From: a virus
Strand: one strand, 5' to 3'
IMG/VR virus record: IMGVR_UViG_3300034073_001700
Span: 32,001 to 96,000 of that record
DNA length: 64,000 nucleotides
Made by a program: the position numbers and the translations under genes. Positions 54,561-64,000 of the stretch are shown piece after piece (positions within the stretch are counted from its first letter, which is position 1; each line of letters starts with the position of its first letter). The notes below the pieces were generated by a model, which was not told where the DNA came from, searched no databases, and saw only the letters and a list, made by a program, of their open reading frames with translations.

Positions 54561-55407
54561 CTTCTAGCAACTCCAGAGGTTTAAGTTTAATTACCCCTGT
54601 CCCTGCTTCGGCACATGCCTTCTGTATTGGACAAACCTTGCATATCTTAGAATTAGACCTATATGGTTTTTGTGGCAGTTCTTGCCTCTTCCAACTTTGA
54701 TATGTTTCTTTCATCCAATCAAATGCCTGGTCTACCCACCGACGGAAATGATCGTTCATTATAACTGGTAGTGTAAGTAACTCATGATTATTTTTATTTT
54801 CATAAATCATGACACCTTTATCCACATTCCATACTCGCATATAAATTAGCAATTGCATAAGATGTCCCATCTTTGCTTTTCTGCTATTCTTTTTATATTC
54901 GAATCCTTCGTTGCTGATAGTTTTTATTTCTCCAACTACCCTTTCACCATCTACATTAAGCATTACGTCTCCGTAACCATCGAATGGTGGATCATCCAAC
55001 TTTACCCTAAACTCCATAGCGGGATGAGTTTGTTTATTATACTTACGTGGTAATGGATCCATCTGCATGTCTTTATCTAACAGTCCAGATGCTTCTATTG
55101 CCTCCTGAATTCTTTCATGGCCCAAAGTTCCATTAGTTCTGTTTGCCACTCCGAATGCAGTAGAATCATCGTAATGTACTGCACCATCAAATGCGAGGTA
55201 CCAATATCTAGGACACTCTCCTGCTCCATATGTTATTGCTGATGCAGAGAAATTGCTTTTTTTGCTAAACCTAGGCTTAGTTTTAGTTAGATATCCAGAC
55301 TCTATCTTTGATATAATTCCATCCACAAACGAGGTGTCGTCAGAACTATGAGCATATTTTGTTTTAGTAGATTCTTGAACCATTACTTCTTTTAATAAAT
55401 TTTTCAT
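54547..55407 (-). CDS. Cas4-like PD-(D/E)XK exonuclease
   Basis: CPR, GT..H, D...EIK, Q..Y, C..C...C. Confidence 0.8.
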   Translation of the reverse strand: MKNLLKEVMVQESTKTKYAHSSDDTSFVDGIISKIESGYLTKTKPRFSKKSNFSASAITYGAGECPRYWYLAFDGAVHYDDSTAFGVANRTNGTLGHERIQEAIEASGLLDKDMQMDPLPRKYNKQTHPAMEFRVKLDDPPFDGYGDVMLNVDGERVVGEIKTISNEGFEYKKNSRKAKMGHLMQLLIYMRVWNVDKGVMIYENKNNHELLTLPVIMNDHFRRWVDQAFDWMKETYQSWKRQELPQKPYRSNSKICKVCPIQKACAEAGTGVIKLKPLELLEDEKL

Positions 55408-55441
55408 TGTTTTCCTTTTGTTTGTATAATTATATCAGATA

Positions 55442-55747
55442 TCAGCGAGTGATATATTTGAGAGCAGACACAAGATTATTAATTGCCTCTGCTGCTGTAT
55501 AATAAATATTCTTTTTACTACGGTCTGACTTATCCACATTAGCCATCCATGTAGCCTTTAAAGCCATTTTTGCTGCAATGGCTTGAAGCCTAACTATCTC
55601 TACCGTAGCAACATTCATAGGAATATCTGGCTTTACGATAAGTTTGGCTATAAAGGTTAATGCCTTAGTTAACTCTTCATCTTCCATAAAATCTGCAATT
55701 TCGGATAGCCCATTGATCATTTCAAGTGTTGTATTATTTTGTTCCAT
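55442..55747 (-). CDS. Hypothetical protein
   Basis: 101 aa in the replication operon. Confidence 0.65.
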   Translation of the reverse strand: MEQNNTTLEMINGLSEIADFMEDEELTKALTFIAKLIVKPDIPMNVATVEIVRLQAIAAKMALKATWMANVDKSDRSKKNIYYTAAEAINNLVSALKYITR

Positions 55748-56024
55748 TATTCACCATCTGTTCTAGTAGTTCTAACTCTATTATAGCAAGTCTGGTCTTC
55801 TTACTTCCCTCGCCAAGTACGACTACAATGGCTGGATCGTTGCCATTTCGTATAGCATCTGTAGTGGCCTTAGCCCACACATCATGATTAAGAGTAAAAG
55901 ATTTTGAGTTCTCTTTAAAATCTACAGTAAAGTTTTCCCAAGTAGCATCGCCCTTCTTGGTATTTCTACCAGAATTCTTATGTTGCTTTGCACCCAATCT
56001 TTTGCTCTCATTTTTTTCACTCAT
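55734..56024 (-). CDS. Small PD-(D/E)XK resolvase-like protein
   Basis: E...NSG...KGD...DFK motif. Confidence 0.6.
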   Translation of the reverse strand: MSEKNESKRLGAKQHKNSGRNTKKGDATWENFTVDFKENSKSFTLNHDVWAKATTDAIRNGNDPAIVVVLGEGSKKTRLAIIELELLEQMVNNGTK

Positions 56025-56185
56025 ATTTTTTTACCTTTTTGTATCCTACCTTAAATAATTGAACTTCTGATAAGTGCTTTTCTGAACACATCCAAGATGC
56101 CATCCCAGTTAATGCATAAATCCTAATAGTCTTTACTTCTTTTTTACAAGTCTTGCAAGGAAATTTTCCTTCGTAGATTGTATAC

Positions 56186-57199
56186 TTATCCACTGATTTT
56201 ATTCTTAATCATGTCTTGTAGATCAAGATCCTCTCTTACTTTATTAACAAATCCTTCTCTACCCTGAACCTTTGAGCCATCTGGAAGCAAATACCAAGCA
56301 CCAGTGCGCTCAACTATACCCATTAATTCAGCAGTATCAACAAGATCAGCGACCCCATCAATGCCCAGGTTATCGCCTCTAAAATAGAAATCATATTCAC
56401 CAGACTGAAAAGAAGGACTGGTTTTACTAAACTGGAGTTCCCATCTAATTTTTCTACCAATTTTTTCTTCAATAGCCTTGTCACCAACATATATTTTTCC
56501 TTTCAATGCCTGATTGTCTGATTCAGATGAAAATAACTTAACAACTGTAGATGAGTAAAACTTTGTAGCCTGACCACCAGTTGGTTGTTGGCTAGTATAC
56601 ATTGCATTAATATTATTACGAGACTGAGAAATAAGTATTAATAGTGTAGGCTTAATTTTGTTATTTGCATAGTTAAGCATTTTCCAAGCATTGCTAAAGT
56701 CCCTAGACTCAGCACCTATCTGTTTTGTATTTTCTAATTGTTTAAGTTCGCTTGAATCTTTTTCAAAATAAATTGCAGGTAACAAAGAAGTGATTGAGTC
56801 AACAACTATAATATCTACACCCGCCTCAATTAAATTTACTCCTACATCAACCATTTCATTTATTGTTCTTGCCTGAGATACGATTAACTTTGATGTATCT
56901 ACCCCCAACTTTTCTGCCCAGTCTTTGTCATATGACATCTCTGCATCAATCCAAGCACAGATCTTTCCTTCTTTTTGGGCAATCGCTATTGTCTGAAGGC
57001 ACAAAGATGATTTAGCACTCGACTTACTTCCCCATATAAGAACCTGCCTACCATATGGCAGACCGCCATTTAGGGCACGATTAAGTCCAAAACTTGGTGT
57101 TGCAGCGTATTCTGTCTTGGGAACTTCGTCACCCACTAAAATATTTTTTCTTAATTTTGGATTTAGTTGTGCTAATACATCTTCAAGGCTAACTGACAT
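56186..57199 (-). CDS. recA: RecA/UvsX-like recombinase
   Basis: GGLPYGR, IDAE, VVDSI, ISQ.R, TGG.A.KFYSS, GAWY. Confidence 0.92.
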   Translation of the reverse strand: MSVSLEDVLAQLNPKLRKNILVGDEVPKTEYAATPSFGLNRALNGGLPYGRQVLIWGSKSSAKSSLCLQTIAIAQKEGKICAWIDAEMSYDKDWAEKLGVDTSKLIVSQARTINEMVDVGVNLIEAGVDIIVVDSITSLLPAIYFEKDSSELKQLENTKQIGAESRDFSNAWKMLNYANNKIKPTLLILISQSRNNINAMYTSQQPTGGQATKFYSSTVVKLFSSESDNQALKGKIYVGDKAIEEKIGRKIRWELQFSKTSPSFQSGEYDFYFRGDNLGIDGVADLVDTAELMGIVERTGAWYLLPDGSKVQGREGFVNKVREDLDLQDMIKNKISG

Positions 57200-60100
57200 T
57201 TATATCCTCCAATATTACTGTGCCGTCTTTGGTTTTACCTAATTCAAATTTATATGCATTTCCTTCTTCAATTTTCATATATGCCTTAGCAAATGCAGTA
57301 GGAAATACTGTTACTGGATGAAGTTCTCTAGAGGTGTCTGCTAGAGTCAGAGAAGCCATCTTCTTTCCTGCTTTCGTTATCCTAGGTTTAAAGGATACCA
57401 CAAATAACTCATCATCTTTATAGGGCAACATTCTATAATTTAAAAATTTAATTAAGGCAGAGTCAGATCCTTTTATTTCGTCCACAGGAACAGCACTAAC
57501 AATTCTATTGTCAGAACAGAGTGCAATATAACTTCGTCCAGCCTCAATTGTTGTTTGCTCTTCATCAAACACCCCTATACTTCCAGTCTTGTCTAATATC
57601 TCTACACGAGACCAGCCTTTGCCTCGTTTAATTCCTTTAACCATACCCATAAGAATAAAGGAACCCTTTTCTTCAAAATCTTCTACTGGATTTATAAATG
57701 CATGATAGTGTGACGGAACAGTTTGAGTAAACTCTGGTAATCCTAAATACTCATATAGATTATCTCTAATCTCATTATCATTTCTTGGATTATCTGGAAA
57801 TGTTGCAGCGCCTATAAGTCTTAATGCTTCTAAGGCTCTGCTATTTACTCCGTTACCCTTTGTGAATGTAAACTCTTTAAGTTGTTCAAAAGACTTAAAA
57901 GGTCGTGCCGATATATATCGTTCTGCAATCTTATCAGAGATAAACTTGATCCCCGACAATCCAAACCGAATACCTTTACCCTCAATCTTAAAATCAATAT
58001 CCGAATCATTAACATGAGGTAGTTTAATGCTAATCCCCATTCTCTTCGCTTCAATAAGATATTCAGTTCGTGCATCTTTGTCCTTTTCGTTTTTAAGCAA
58101 TGAGTACATAAACTCAATTGGATAATAATACTTTAGCCATGCCGTCCAATACGAGAGCGTAGAGTAAGCAACCGCATGAGACTTGTTGAACGAATAGCCC
58201 GCATGCGCCTCAAAGTCATGCCATAAATCACGAGCCTGATTAGGACTAATAAACCTAGAAGCACCTTTAACAAACTTTTCCTGGAACGCATCAAATTCTC
58301 TTGCATCTTTCTTTTTACCAATAATCTTACGAACCTTATCGGCTTCAGACCAAGACATACCTCCCAATTCAACGCAAGCCTGCATAACCTGCTCTTGGTA
58401 TAGGATACACCCATATGTCTCATCTGTAAAAGGCTTCATGACCTGATGAAGATAATTTACTGCCTGCCTTCCATGCTTGCGCTCAATATAGTCCTTACCA
58501 ATGGTGTTCATGGCACCTGGACGAACTAGAGCATTAGAGGCAGAAAGTTCTGCTAGACTTTTTACCCCCATTTTTACCAGAAGATTTGTGTATGGGGTTG
58601 CTTCACACTGAAAAACACCCTTAGTATATCCTTCAGAAAGCATTTGATAAACTTTTTGATCAGTCATGTCAAGACTGAGTAAATCTATATCTGTACCATC
58701 ACGTTCTTTAATAATCTTTAAGGTATCATTAATAACACTAAGAGTTTTAAGTCCTAGGGCATCTATCTTGATAAGCCCAATTTTTTCAGCCTCTTCCATG
58801 TCCACCGCCACAACAGGTATGCGGTCATCGGAACCAGGAGAAGAGCGTGTCTCCAACGGTGCGTACCTAAAAATAGGATTTTTACTAGTGACAACACCAG
58901 CAGCGTGTATGCCAGTACCTCTAATACGACCACGTAATTGTTCTCCATATTGTTCTACCTCTGGATATTTCTCTCTAAACCATGCAGTTGTTTTTGAAGT
59001 ACAGTATTCGTCCCAAGTGTCAACTAACTTAAGAACCTTATTAACATCTGCCAATGGAATATTTAAAGCACGAGCAACATCTCGCACTACGCCTTTATCT
59101 TTAAATTCTAAGAATGTTGCAATAGAGGCAACATGCTTGTATTGTCTTATTAAATAATCTTTTACTTCATCACGACGTGTATCTTGAATGTCTGTATCTA
59201 TATCTGGAAAGTCATTACGCTCTGGATTAATAAATCGGAAAAACAAAAGACCGTTCTCTATTGGATCAATATCTGTAATTCCAAGGGTGTAGCAAAGCAA
59301 GGATCCAGCAGACGATCCACGGCCTGGGCCTACCATAATCCCCTCTTTCTTAGCCCAAGAGATCATGCTCTGAACAACAAGAAAGTATGGACTAAACTTT
59401 TTATCTTTGATAACTTTTAGTTCTTCTTCAAGCCTATCCATATATTCTTTGTTGTCTGCAAGACCTTTATCTTTTAGTCCTTGATAGGCAAGATCCGATA
59501 ATTGCTTATCTGGATTTTTATATTGAACAGGTAATAGATTTAGGTTATCTTTAATATCATAATCCTCTATTTTATTAGCAAGGTCTATGGTGTTTTCATA
59601 TATATCTGTTCTAAAGATTGCCTGCTTTTCCATTGCAGCCTGAATCTCTTCATATGATAAAAGATGAATATCAAATTTATTAAAAGACATTTGCCTATCT
59701 GCACCATACAAATAATCTAAGCGCTTCATTAAATCGCCTTGCTTTTTGGACTTCTCATATGTAGCATCTTTTTGAATCTTATTAGAATAAGTATTTAGAA
59801 TTAATTTTAATTCTTGTATTTCTTTTTGTGATGAATCAACATGGTGGCAGTCTGGAGTAACTATAGGCTTAATCTTAAACTCGTCTGCTAGTTGTAATAT
59901 GGTACTATTTATTGATTCATTATTGTGTGGCATTACCTCAAGGTAATAGTCATCGCCAAACTCTTCTTTAAACCATTTAATGTATTTCTTTGCCATGCCA
60001 AGTTCGCCAAGTTCAATTGACTTAGCAACAATTCCACTTGGGCAAGCAGATGAAACAATAATTCCTTCTTTATACTTTGAGAGAACTTCAAAATCTATTC

Positions 60101-60467
60101 TTGGTTTTTTGTAATAACCCTCTGTCCACGCTATCTCATTTAATTTATTTAAGTTTTCTAGGCCTACCTTGTTCTTGGCAAGAAGGATAATATGATTATA
60201 AACCATATCTAGTGGAGTAGTTCGATCTTCTTTATCTCGTCGATCAAATCTATCCTCACACATATATCCTTCTACGCCAAGAATAGGCTTGATTCCATTA
60301 GACTTAGCAACACGATACATATCTCTGTGGCCAGAAAGGGAGCCATGGTCAGTAATCGCTATTGCAGGCATACCCAACTTAGTAGCACGATCAACATATT
60401 CAGACGGCAACCCAATACCGTCGAATAGTGAAAAGTGAGTATGTAAATGTAATGGAACGTAATTCAT
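57189..60467 (-). CDS. dnaE: DNA polymerase III alpha subunit
   Basis: PHP domain HLHTHFS/TDHG, GRGS, PDIDTD, HAAG, FNKSH. Confidence 0.97.
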   Translation of the reverse strand: MNYVPLHLHTHFSLFDGIGLPSEYVDRATKLGMPAIAITDHGSLSGHRDMYRVAKSNGIKPILGVEGYMCEDRFDRRDKEDRTTPLDMVYNHIILLAKNKVGLENLNKLNEIAWTEGYYKKPRIDFEVLSKYKEGIIVSSACPSGIVAKSIELGELGMAKKYIKWFKEEFGDDYYLEVMPHNNESINSTILQLADEFKIKPIVTPDCHHVDSSQKEIQELKLILNTYSNKIQKDATYEKSKKQGDLMKRLDYLYGADRQMSFNKFDIHLLSYEEIQAAMEKQAIFRTDIYENTIDLANKIEDYDIKDNLNLLPVQYKNPDKQLSDLAYQGLKDKGLADNKEYMDRLEEELKVIKDKKFSPYFLVVQSMISWAKKEGIMVGPGRGSSAGSLLCYTLGITDIDPIENGLLFFRFINPERNDFPDIDTDIQDTRRDEVKDYLIRQYKHVASIATFLEFKDKGVVRDVARALNIPLADVNKVLKLVDTWDEYCTSKTTAWFREKYPEVEQYGEQLRGRIRGTGIHAAGVVTSKNPIFRYAPLETRSSPGSDDRIPVVAVDMEEAEKIGLIKIDALGLKTLSVINDTLKIIKERDGTDIDLLSLDMTDQKVYQMLSEGYTKGVFQCEATPYTNLLVKMGVKSLAELSASNALVRPGAMNTIGKDYIERKHGRQAVNYLHQVMKPFTDETYGCILYQEQVMQACVELGGMSWSEADKVRKIIGKKKDAREFDAFQEKFVKGASRFISPNQARDLWHDFEAHAGYSFNKSHAVAYSTLSYWTAWLKYYYPIEFMYSLLKNEKDKDARTEYLIEAKRMGISIKLPHVNDSDIDFKIEGKGIRFGLSGIKFISDKIAERYISARPFKSFEQLKEFTFTKGNGVNSRALEALRLIGAATFPDNPRNDNEIRDNLYEYLGLPEFTQTVPSHYHAFINPVEDFEEKGSFILMGMVKGIKRGKGWSRVEILDKTGSIGVFDEEQTTIEAGRSYIALCSDNRIVSAVPVDEIKGSDSALIKFLNYRMLPYKDDELFVVSFKPRITKAGKKMASLTLADTSRELHPVTVFPTAFAKAYMKIEEGNAYKFELGKTKDGTVILEDINVS

Positions 60468-60470
60468 CTA

Positions 60471-61133
60471 CTACCAGTCGATATTCGTCGCTGATGTTGT
60501 AGATGGAGAATCAAAGCCAAGATAGAAAGCCTCTTGCTCTGCATATGGGACACGTCGCAATGCCTTATCTAAAGCATATGGCTCAATGCCTTCCCAATTA
60601 AATGGCTCCTTATCTGGAGCAGATGGGATAAGAGTATATGATGTTTCTGTTCCCTGTCCATTTCGCTTCAACTTCCACTGAAGATTAGAAATGCTTCCTG
60701 TCTCAAGTGCATATTCACGAATGGTATTAAATGATGATTGCTTGCTAATACCCATTGACCAGATTGCAACATATGGCTTGTCCTCAATTCCGTCATCGAC
60801 AAGAACGTTGCAATAGAAACGAAGACGGCCACGCCATCCACTGTTTCCCTTTGGATCTTTGCGGTACATCTCTTCAGCCCAGTCACGGCCCTCTGTATCC
60901 ATTGTGTCTACAGCCTTACGCTTGTAGTCCTTTGGATTTGTGTGTTCCTTAACAACGAAGGCAAGTCCACGCTTTTCGCTATAGTTTGCAGAGTCTTCGT
61001 CCAACTCTTCAATAAATCTAATCTTTACTGCTTGTCCATCAGCCAACTTTAGCCAACGAACCTTTGGACCGCTTTCGTCTGTCTTTTTATCTAGTAAAGC
61101 ATTTATGTTTTTTAGTCCTACTATTTTATTCAT
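60471..61133 (-). CDS. Single-stranded DNA-binding protein (gp32-like)
   Basis: WLKL.DG...IRF, RNG.GT.TSY, acidic/aromatic tail; lies between primase and polymerase. Confidence 0.65.
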   Translation of the reverse strand: MNKIVGLKNINALLDKKTDESGPKVRWLKLADGQAVKIRFIEELDEDSANYSEKRGLAFVVKEHTNPKDYKRKAVDTMDTEGRDWAEEMYRKDPKGNSGWRGRLRFYCNVLVDDGIEDKPYVAIWSMGISKQSSFNTIREYALETGSISNLQWKLKRNGQGTETSYTLIPSAPDKEPFNWEGIEPYALDKALRRVPYAEQEAFYLGFDSPSTTSATNIDW

Positions 61134-61149
61134 TATTTCTCCTTGTTTT

Positions 61150-62094
61150 CTATTGTAGCATAGACAGTATTGATCTGTCAAACTGTAAGTCCAGTTCTTT
61201 TATTGACTTATCATCCATATCGCCTATATCTTTATATTTTTTATCTATATTTATTACAGTAACCTGAGAGCCTAATCTTTCAACTATTTTATCTTTCATG
61301 TTACCGCCTGCTTCATCGTTATCAGCAATAATCATTATATCACTGAAGTACTTTTGAAGCAAACCTATTTGTTTTGATGACACATTAGCGCCAAGGGTAG
61401 CGACTGCGGGTAGTCCAACTTGATCAAGTCTTATGGCATCAAATGATGACTCTACAACATAAACACGACTTGCATTCTTAACACGATTTAAATTAAATAA
61501 TAACTTTGACTTTGGAAGCCCTGGCGTATTTTTAAATTCTTTACCCTCGATTGATCTTGCCACAAATCCAACGCAGAATCCTTCGTGATTGTGAACAGGG
61601 ACAATAACCATATCTTGATTTTCAGAATATCCTAATTTAAATTTTTCTATAGAACTTTTATTTATATTTCTTTTATTAAAATATTCTATGGCTCTTTGGT
61701 TTATGGTTGCCTGAGAATATAGTTTATTTACTATATTAACATCAAACTCAGGCCACTCTTCTTTTTCAACTAACTTAGAAGTAATATCCGACACAATGTT
61801 TGTTTCTACTTCTTTACTTTTAATAAATCTAACAGACTCAAAATACGTTCTATTAGAACAATGCATTACTAACTCTATTAAGTCTGCAGTATGGCTACAA
61901 GAAAAACAAAAGAACAAACCGCTATATTTATTTATTTCACCAGCAGGGGTTCTATGATTGGCATGGAATGGACAAAATACAATATACTCAGACTCTGCTT
62001 CTTTTTCTATATTTAAGCCAGATCCTGCGAGTACTCTTTTAATTTGGCTGGCTGTATATGAATTGCCCTCGTTCCGTCTACTCCTAGTGTCCAT
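61150..62094 (-). CDS. dnaG: DNA primase
   Basis: CPFH...CFSC zinc finger; VES.FD and DND.AG Toprim motifs. Confidence 0.9.
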   Translation of the reverse strand: MDTRSRRNEGNSYTASQIKRVLAGSGLNIEKEAESEYIVFCPFHANHRTPAGEINKYSGLFFCFSCSHTADLIELVMHCSNRTYFESVRFIKSKEVETNIVSDITSKLVEKEEWPEFDVNIVNKLYSQATINQRAIEYFNKRNINKSSIEKFKLGYSENQDMVIVPVHNHEGFCVGFVARSIEGKEFKNTPGLPKSKLLFNLNRVKNASRVYVVESSFDAIRLDQVGLPAVATLGANVSSKQIGLLQKYFSDIMIIADNDEAGGNMKDKIVERLGSQVTVINIDKKYKDIGDMDDKSIKELDLQFDRSILSMLQ

Positions 62095-62339
62095 TCGCTT
62101 TTCTTTCTCCCTATATATATTCCGTATATGCTTAGTATAAAGTTGTATGTATTATTTTTATCATTATATTCTATTGTAAATTGTGGATCAATGTCAAATC
62201 TTGGAACATACCCAGATAGGCGCATTTCAGATACAAGCAGTCTGATATATTCCTGCTGTAACCTGTATATGGCAGAGTCATCATTAATAACCCCGTCCAA
62301 ACCAAACCTTTTTATAGGCTTGTGATGATATGCTTCCAT
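62013..62339 (-). CDS. Hypothetical protein
   Basis: MRLSGYVP..DIDP.F motif; leaderless promoter. Confidence 0.65.
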   Translation of the reverse strand: MEAYHHKPIKRFGLDGVINDDSAIYRLQQEYIRLLVSEMRLSGYVPRFDIDPQFTIEYNDKNNTYNFILSIYGIYIGRKKSEWTLGVDGTRAIHIQPAKLKEYSQDLA

Positions 62340-62347
62340 ACCGCATA

Positions 62348-63574
62348 TTATACTGTCTTATCTTCATAATCCTTATACCTATAGTATCCCTTGTCAAAAT
62401 CAGCCTGAACCAAGAATTCTCCCATAAAACCGTTACGATTCTTTCTAAAAACGCACTCAATAATATCACTATTGGCCCCTCGACCAAGTGCCAATACCCA
62501 GTCAGCATCGTAGGCTATCTGCCTCGACCATGCGGTTTGACCAAGGGTTGGCACGGTCTCTAATTTAGTCACATCGTCAGGGGTAGCAGAAGAAATAGCA
62601 ATAATAGGAACCTCTTCCGCAATAGCCATTAACTTTAATTCACGAGATAGATTCTTCATACGAATAGTTTCATTATCAGACTTACTGTTTGGACTCATCA
62701 GTTGTAAATAATCAACAATAACAAAGTCTGGTTTATATTGATCAATCTTTCCACGCAATACTAATGGAGTAATGTCTCCGCCAGTATCGTTTGAAATAAT
62801 GTGGAACTCTGGCTTTCCTTGAACACTTTTAGTGTGCCAAGATTTAAGCATATCCATTTCAACTTGACCAGCACTAAGTTTGCGGTGAGACCATACCCCT
62901 TCACCCATAATGGCAAACACACGGTTGCGAACTTCTACCTCAGACATTTCAAGACTTATGATCATTGGACTACGACCCTGTTTCCAGGCCTGTACAGCGA
63001 AATAGAGAGACAACCAAGACTTTCCTATGCCTGGGTATGCAAGGAATACTCCTAACTGCCCTGGCATGATTCCAGAGGGTAGGTAGTTATCAAAGCCTGG
63101 AAGTCCAGTCTTTATTCCTAATGCACCAGCCTCTTGTTGCTTCTTTAGGTTTTCAAAGTATGCAACAGCAGAGTCAAGATCTGTTACATCGATATCACGA
63201 ATTGCTGCTGTATTTTTTCTCAGTTCTGCAGTCTTGCTAATTAAGGTTTCAAGAGCCTCCACACCAAGACCGCCCTGGACATCGGTAGCAGCAGATCGCA
63301 AAATATCCTTAAGGCTATTAACAAGATACTCCGCCTGTAACTCCTCAAGGTGATGTTTGGTTGAACCAACGCTGTCAGAAATCTCAAAATCTCTAAACTT
63401 TTCAACAACTAACTCTACTGGCGGAACCATAGAATTATGCTCGTAATATTTTCTAATGAATTGCCAAACATCTAAGTGTGTTTTTAGTATGCCTTCGACA
63501 TTTGCCTGAAGCATAACATGGGCTTGCTTATCCTTAAGAACGGCTGAGATTAATTTTGATTCTGAATTATTCAC
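62348..63574 (-). CDS. dnaB: Replicative DNA helicase
   Basis: AYPGIGKS, SLEMS, VDYLQLM, YDAD, KNRNG. Confidence 0.92.
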   Translation of the reverse strand: MNNSESKLISAVLKDKQAHVMLQANVEGILKTHLDVWQFIRKYYEHNSMVPPVELVVEKFRDFEISDSVGSTKHHLEELQAEYLVNSLKDILRSAATDVQGGLGVEALETLISKTAELRKNTAAIRDIDVTDLDSAVAYFENLKKQQEAGALGIKTGLPGFDNYLPSGIMPGQLGVFLAYPGIGKSWLSLYFAVQAWKQGRSPMIISLEMSEVEVRNRVFAIMGEGVWSHRKLSAGQVEMDMLKSWHTKSVQGKPEFHIISNDTGGDITPLVLRGKIDQYKPDFVIVDYLQLMSPNSKSDNETIRMKNLSRELKLMAIAEEVPIIAISSATPDDVTKLETVPTLGQTAWSRQIAYDADWVLALGRGANSDIIECVFRKNRNGFMGEFLVQADFDKGYYRYKDYEDKTV

Positions 63575-63875
63575 CTAGCCACTCCTTTGCTTTCAACCGT
63601 CTCTGCTGTCTTTCCCTTAAATCTTTTTCTTGTCTTTCTTTTGCCTCTAGTATAGCATTTGCAAAATAAACAAAATGCTTCCAATCTGGCGACTCTGCAA
63701 CTTCAAAATAATATTCAACTAGTTCATAACATTTTTCAATGCCGTATGACTCTATAAGAGCGTCTGCCTTACTTTGCTCTACCCATTTGTTATATGTTGG
63801 ATTTTGCCCTAGTTTAAACTTATAGTGTTTGTCAAACCTACTTAACAGAGCAAATCGCTGCTGTTTTTCTGCCAC
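63567..63875 (-). CDS. Hypothetical protein
   Basis: 102 aa upstream of the helicase. Confidence 0.6.
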   Translation of the reverse strand: MAEKQQRFALLSRFDKHYKFKLGQNPTYNKWVEQSKADALIESYGIEKCYELVEYYFEVAESPDWKHFVYFANAILEAKERQEKDLRERQQRRLKAKEWLGE

Positions 63876-63876
63876 A

Positions 63877-64000
63877 CTATTCGCTTTCTTCTAGTTCCGT
63901 TTTGGCTTCTGTGATTTTACTGGTTAGTTTTTCTTCAACAAACTTGTATACACGCTCAAATGCTTGATCTGTATTTTCTCCATCACGCTTTGAGTCTGTT
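63877..64000 (-). CDS. Hypothetical protein, C-terminal part
   Basis: Read by eye: ...DSKRDGENTDQAFERVYKFVEEKLTSKITEAKTELEESE*. Confidence 0.55.
   Translation of the reverse strand, partial: TDSKRDGENTDQAFERVYKFVEEKLTSKITEAKTELEESE

Noticed and set aside
54547-55407. Cas4 as part of a CRISPR-Cas system
   Set aside because: Solo Cas4-like nuclease in a replication operon; no cas1/cas2 or array
18720-55540. Single DnaA-box matches at 18720, 54818 and about 55531
   Set aside because: Isolated and inside ORFs; compatible with chance in AT-rich DNA
50901-63574. Inteins or introns in terL, recA, dnaE or dnaB
   Set aside because: Lengths are normal and motifs continuous; no splice motifs seen
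1-64000. Alternative genetic code or integrated prophage
   Set aside because: Core genes are intact under the standard code; no integrase or flanking host genes in the window

Overview
This is an AT-rich segment of a large tailed phage that infects Actinobacteria, probably a low-GC freshwater lineage. The host call rests on a WhiB gene, AGAAAGGA Shine-Dalgarno (SD) sites, leaderless genes and actinobacterial operator motifs. Layout: 1-3.5 kb, tail/collagen/baseplate genes and a holin (-). About 5.6-16.8 kb, a divergent early region of small ORFs centred near 6520. 16.8-17.65 kb, a repeat-rich, mostly non-coding tract. 17.7-45 kb, accessory genes: 2OG-Fe(II) oxygenases, TauD, sulfotransferases, a halogenase, a carbamoyltransferase, two glutathione peroxidases, KatG, Hsp20, WhiB and 5 tRNAs. 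45-51 kb, proteases, an endolysin and membrane/secreted proteins. 51-64 kb, terminase plus RuvC, Cas4-like nuclease, RecA, DnaE, SSB, primase and helicase (-). The strongest signal is non-coding. Early intergenic regions open with a CCTAG word and are tiled with matches to operators of host master regulators: six PafBC-type promoters, nine CRP sites, WhiA boxes, BldC-type repeats, tandem DnaA boxes and a triple MraZ repeat. A covarying RNA pseudoknot of about 27 nt recurs six times at gene 3' ends. One copy caps a hairpin whose loop mimics the actinobacterial 16S anti-SD tail. All motif counts are by-eye reads, and all functional roles are hypotheses.
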